Assembly (NCBI GenBank): GCA_046538485.1
Contig: JBKHIT010000008.1
Span: forward strand, 32,001 to 96,000
Length of the DNA: 64,000 nucleotides
DNA from: Candidatus Brocadiia bacterium
Lineage (GTDB): Bacteria; Planctomycetota; Brocadiia; SM23-32
Direction of reading: 5' to 3'
Both the position numbers and the translations under genes were made by a program. The notes under the pieces are model-generated. The model saw only the letters and a list, made by a program, of their open reading frames with translations. It ran no database searches and was not told the origin of the DNA. How positions within the stretch are numbered: the stretch's first letter is position 1; every line of letters begins with the position of its first letter. Positions 61,001-64,000 of the stretch are shown piece after piece.

Positions 61001-63218
61001 GTGTGGCCGTTCCCTCGGCGGCGGAGAACAGCGCAACCCGGGCTTCTTTCAGTTGTGGTTCCGATTCCCCACGCGGCTCAATGGCCTCTTCAGCCGTCAG
61101 CGGCATATGGCCGTGAATCTCATAGGAAGGTTTGAGTATCTCTTCCTGAAGCGTGAAATAGACCCGTTCGAGTCCCGGGCGCATTTCCTGGAGAGCGAAC
61201 ACGGCCTCGTCCACTCCGGCCAGGCCCAGCGCCGCCTGTGTTGGTTTTCCTTCGGTCCCGGTTACCATGAACGTCAAGGTTGCGTTTTCCCCCGGACGGT
61301 ACGTTTTTTTGTCCATTTTGGTCTCGATCGAGATCTGATCGGGTCGGTTGACCTGGACCACTTTTGCGTCGCTCACGATATTACCGTCGGGCAGGATGCG
61401 ATACGCGTGGAGTTCGAGTGTTCCGAACAGGTCGGGCGGTAGATCGAGTGCAACGGATCCGCGCCCTTTCTCGATATCAAGGGCTTTGCTTAACATCGTC
61501 CGGCTGTTTTTCACGACATCCACGAAAACCCGGGCCCGTCGGTCGCCGGAGAGGACGGATACCTCAGCCGTTTCCCCCGCTTTATAAACGGCTTTGTCAG
61601 TGCGGAGGAGAAAAGCGTGGACCCGCTGATCGACGCGGAGAGGTCGGCTGACTTTCACCCGGCGCCCTCCGTTGTCTTCGGCTTCGATCGTGAGTTTCAT
61701 GCGGGGGGACCGGGGGGTGATTTTGACTTTGGCGAGTCCATTCTCCGCGGTGCGTGTTCTGCGGCGATCAGCACCGATGATCAGTTCGGTCTGTGCCGGT
61801 CGGCCGTCGGGATATGACGTCACGATGTAGAGGATGTTTTCGACGCCCTGGACGAGTCTGCCGCTTTCCGGGAGCACGGCCACGCGTATCGGGCGGGTTG
61901 TGACGGTCAGTTCTTCAGTAATTTCCTGGGTATGACCGGCGGTATCGGTCACTTTAGCTTTGAGAGAAACCGTGGCATCTCCCTTTTTGCGGGCGGTGCC
62001 GGTGAAATGGCGTTTCAGAGGAAGCTGGAACGAAAAATGCCCTTCAGCGTTGGTTTTGCCCTCGGCACTGGCGAACTGACGGAACTTTTCCACAAACTCC
62101 GAGGCTGTGATCTGCACCTCCGCGTTCCGAACGGGTTTCCCGAATGTGTAGCGAGCGGTTATTTCGCCGATGAGCATTTCGCCGGGCCGGTAGAACGTTT
62201 TTCCGCAGCTTATGGTGGCCTTGAACTTCGGCAAACGATAACGTTTGACCGTCACCGTGCGTTCCGATGTGGTGTCGCCGACATGGGCGGAGATGGTGTA
62301 GCGACCGGTGTTGACCTGATCGGCGAGCTGGAAATCGGCGGCCGCGATCCCGTATTGGGAGGTTTTCAGCGTCTTTTTAAAGACCTTGTTGCCTTTAGCG
62401 TCTTTGACTTCGATCGTTGCCGGCTGGTCGGCGACGGGGTGGAGGTCGCTGGTGAAAAGCGACAGGGTCCGCATATGAATCGTCTGCCCGGGCTGGTAGA
62501 GCGGTTTATCGCTGCTGATCATTACCCGGAAAGACCGTTCGATGGTGATGGTGCGGGAGACGACGTTTTTCCCCGCGGCTGATTTTGCGCGCACCCGGAG
62601 GGTATAATCGCCTTCCGATAGGTCCTCGGCCAGTTCTGGCTCAACCCGGGCGTTGCCGTGTTTGTCCGTTTTTGTTGTGCCTTCCCATATCTGTTTCCCA
62701 CCGGGGTCCACCAGTGCGGCGGATACTTTCGCGTTAGGGACGGGTTTTGATTTTTTGCCGTCACGCACGAAAAGCCGAAACGACGCGATCTGTCCCGGTG
62801 TGACCGCCCAGCGTCCGTAGACCATAGTTTCCTGTGGTTTCGCGTGACGCGTGGCGATGTGGCGGTCGATTCCGAGTAAGCCGATGGTTATCAGCGCGAT
62901 GGCGGCGGCGGCGATTTTCCAGAACCGTTTGCTTCCCAGCCAATCTGCCTTCGGTTCGACGGGTTCAGAAGCCATGGTTTGACCCTCCATTCCTTTCTTT
63001 TGCGTCTGCGCCGCTTTTATGGTCCTTTCGGCCAGATCTTCGGGAGGAGGAGGTGCATCCCATTCCCGCAGAGCTTCCTTCTGGCGGCGTATCTTGTCCC
63101 GTGCCTGCCGGCATTCGCGGCAGATTTGCAGGTGTTTTTCTACCTGCTCTCTTTCATCTCCATCGAGCAGATCGAAGACCAGGTCATAGAGTTTTTGCTG
63201 GACTTCTTCGCACTTCAT
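58041..63218 (-). CDS. Zinc anti-sigma (zf-HC2)-TM-alpha-2-macroglobulin fusion with polytopic membrane insert
   Basis: C3..H29LQIC33REC36, TM at aa ~99-117, MG-domain motifs SDKPLYQPGQ / YTFGKPV / DKKTYRPGE / VDEAVFAL, RVRHYFPETLLW, DSITTW, thioester GCFEQ, C-terminal MTIVDLGIPPGF..VYQYYEPE. Confidence 0.92.
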   Translation of the reverse strand: MKCEEVQQKLYDLVFDLLDGDEREQVEKHLQICRECRQARDKIRRQKEALREWDAPPPPEDLAERTIKAAQTQKKGMEGQTMASEPVEPKADWLGSKRFWKIAAAAIALITIGLLGIDRHIATRHAKPQETMVYGRWAVTPGQIASFRLFVRDGKKSKPVPNAKVSAALVDPGGKQIWEGTTKTDKHGNARVEPELAEDLSEGDYTLRVRAKSAAGKNVVSRTITIERSFRVMISSDKPLYQPGQTIHMRTLSLFTSDLHPVADQPATIEVKDAKGNKVFKKTLKTSQYGIAAADFQLADQVNTGRYTISAHVGDTTSERTVTVKRYRLPKFKATISCGKTFYRPGEMLIGEITARYTFGKPVRNAEVQITASEFVEKFRQFASAEGKTNAEGHFSFQLPLKRHFTGTARKKGDATVSLKAKVTDTAGHTQEITEELTVTTRPIRVAVLPESGRLVQGVENILYIVTSYPDGRPAQTELIIGADRRRTRTAENGLAKVKITPRSPRMKLTIEAEDNGGRRVKVSRPLRVDQRVHAFLLRTDKAVYKAGETAEVSVLSGDRRARVFVDVVKNSRTMLSKALDIEKGRGSVALDLPPDLFGTLELHAYRILPDGNIVSDAKVVQVNRPDQISIETKMDKKTYRPGENATLTFMVTGTEGKPTQAALGLAGVDEAVFALQEMRPGLERVYFTLQEEILKPSYEIHGHMPLTAEEAIEPRGESEPQLKEARVALFSAAEGTATPRKAQSISFEEKQRRFRKVKVNYRRAVLKLAAQVPFALYVLFVLPMVGYGLYKLFRRRPVPELNAKEMNRLRRACWWLTASWLLALVIPVTALIVGLLIDELIIENAFARYHGELFSGSFGVIAWIGMLIALIAKVFKFRKGPGVSNLPLFRKFATLLPFAYIAASVSILTLAIAEAELGLAEETIVLEAGIMIGLWFAALPALSIAGHSVCQKLSTKRAVWIAVRSGALPVLALLVFAGLLLPALSPARMAARQKFAEMTEALDGSPVRGAAKGRKKAADESLKAPSRVRHYFPETLLWKPELITDEAGRAQLEVPLADSITTWRISMSAVSRQGRLGAETFGLRVFQDFFVDIDFPVALTQHDEISVPIALYNYLDETQLIRLEVDDADWCEMLGETERRLEIGPREVTSIPMKLRALKPGRHTLTVRAFGSEMADAIRRKVRVRPDGKEIVQTDNGRLTGKLNRTVVIPDRAIDGASDLLVKIYPGAFSQVMEGLDSIFRKPFGCFEQTSSVTYPNILALDYMRRTDQSRPEIEMKALNYINLGYQRLLSYEVSGGGFEWFGNAPAHSVLTAYGLMEFNDMAKVYEVDPAVIQRTRRWLFSQQKRNGSWEPTQGGIQEGAINAYQGAVLRTTAYIAWALAESGNVDSNLSRALDYVEQNVSSDEDAYTLAVCANALVAGERSGAGDLIKMLDATKKEDGDLAHWSSKSEGVTHSRGNVLNIETTALAAYAMLKAQSHLGTAHRALAWLIEEKDSAGTWHSTQATVHAMRALLAGTGPATELKQDLPITISVNGKFARELTITPETSDVFRLISLREHQKPGPNRISLEPAGEANFAYQIVATHYLPWERKTPTTQKTMSIDVAYDTTKLRPDDKLACEATIRYNRSGVARMTIVDLGIPPGFQVMTEDFDRLKEQGLIQRYSLTGRQVILYFESIVGNEPVRFTYHLRAKYPVKAKTPPTEVYQYYEPEVRDATQPVEIEVQP

Positions 63219-63234
63219 ATATTTTCACTTTCGG

Positions 63235-63852
63235 TTACTGGTTTTGAGAGACGTCATGAGCTTCGGCGATATCTTCCAGCTGTTTGCGGAGTTTCTGAAG
63301 GGCCAACCGCATTCTGGATTTGACGGTTCCCGGAGGTATCTGAACAGTATCGGCAATTTCGGCGTAGGTCATCTCGTGGTAAATCTTGAGGATGAATACC
63401 TCTTTCTGTTCGGCGGGGAGTTCGCTGACGGCCTCCTCAATTCGTTCCCCAATTTCCTGGCACTCTATTCGGTGCGGAGGTGAGGGGTCAGATGAGCGGG
63501 GTTCCGGAGAACCGTTGAGCGGACGTGAATCTCTGCTTCCTTTTTTGCGCCAGTGCGAGCGACAGAGGTTCGTCGCGATTGTGTAGAGCCAGGTTTTGAA
63601 CGAACTGTTTCCCCGGAAAGATTCGGCCTTCTGGAAGACCCGCATAAACGTTTCCTGAAAAAGATCCGCCGCGACGGTGCGGTTTCCCGTCAGTTTGTAG
63701 AGCAGACCATGGAGTGGTTTTTCATACCGCCTTACCATCGTCTCAAACATGGTCATATCGCCCTCTATAAAGCCAAAAAGAAGGTCTTTGTCGCTTAACT
63801 CCGTACGATCCCCGCGATAAGAGCGACTCTGCGGTGCGGGGGTCGATTCCAT
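63235..63852 (-). CDS. ECF RNA polymerase sigma factor
   Basis: Region 2 AADLFQETF..FKTWLYTIATN and region 4 MTYAEIA..GTVKSRM. AGGAG RBS. Confidence 0.95.
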   Translation of the reverse strand: MESTPAPQSRSYRGDRTELSDKDLLFGFIEGDMTMFETMVRRYEKPLHGLLYKLTGNRTVAADLFQETFMRVFQKAESFRGNSSFKTWLYTIATNLCRSHWRKKGSRDSRPLNGSPEPRSSDPSPPHRIECQEIGERIEEAVSELPAEQKEVFILKIYHEMTYAEIADTVQIPPGTVKSRMRLALQKLRKQLEDIAEAHDVSQNQ

Positions 63853-63873
63853 TTGTGTCTCCTGTTAAGCGTA

Positions 63874-63899
63874 GACGCATGGGCGTCCCGAATTGATCA
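63874..63899 (-). promoter_or_regulatory. Candidate ECF-dependent autoregulatory promoter
   Basis: Minus strand TGATCA-N16-CGTC, 21 nt upstream of the sigma ATG. Confidence 0.45.
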
Positions 63900-64000
63900 C
63901 CAAAAAATGCCAAAAAAACAAAAAAACAGCTCCGACGGTCAATTCGGGGTGTGCATGATAACTTCTCGGTGGTGGGAACGACAATCAAAACAGCACCGAT

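Overview
Mostly chromosomal backbone of a diderm (waaA present), probably anaerobic and possibly salt-adapted bacterium of the Planctomycetota/PVC group. This is inferred from two DUF1559-type prepilin proteins, rubredoxin, D/E-rich proteins and a haloarchaeal-type dCTP deaminase-like gene. Housekeeping genes: galK (partial), leuS, coaX, prfA, rpmE, pyk, ctpA-like, pyrBI, rsmE, rsmI, waaA, pilT, nnrE, nth-like, pckG, prmC, murA, mnmE, obg, rpmA, rplU. They are mixed with sugar-catabolic genes (Gfo/Idh/MocA, MDR dehydrogenases, GH130, sialidase-like, PcRGLX/YetA-like lyase). The stand-out is at the right end. An ECF sigma factor is followed by a 1725-aa protein that fuses a zinc-binding anti-sigma domain (HxxxCxxC) and a TM helix to a complete alpha-2-macroglobulin with an intact CFEQ thioester. 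About six extra TM helices are inserted at its bait region, making it a candidate protease-sensing signalling system. Other notable items are a probable structured ncRNA (6S-like) near obg, a mosaic REP/BIME-like repeat family with a ~560-bp inverted pair, a nested MITE-like element, an AKR-Fe/S-CBM9-like fusion, an RHS/mobile-element remnant and a likely ~37-kb inversion splitting prfA from prmC. No tRNA, rRNA, CRISPR array or intact transposase was recognised. All family calls come from motif recognition by eye, not database searches.
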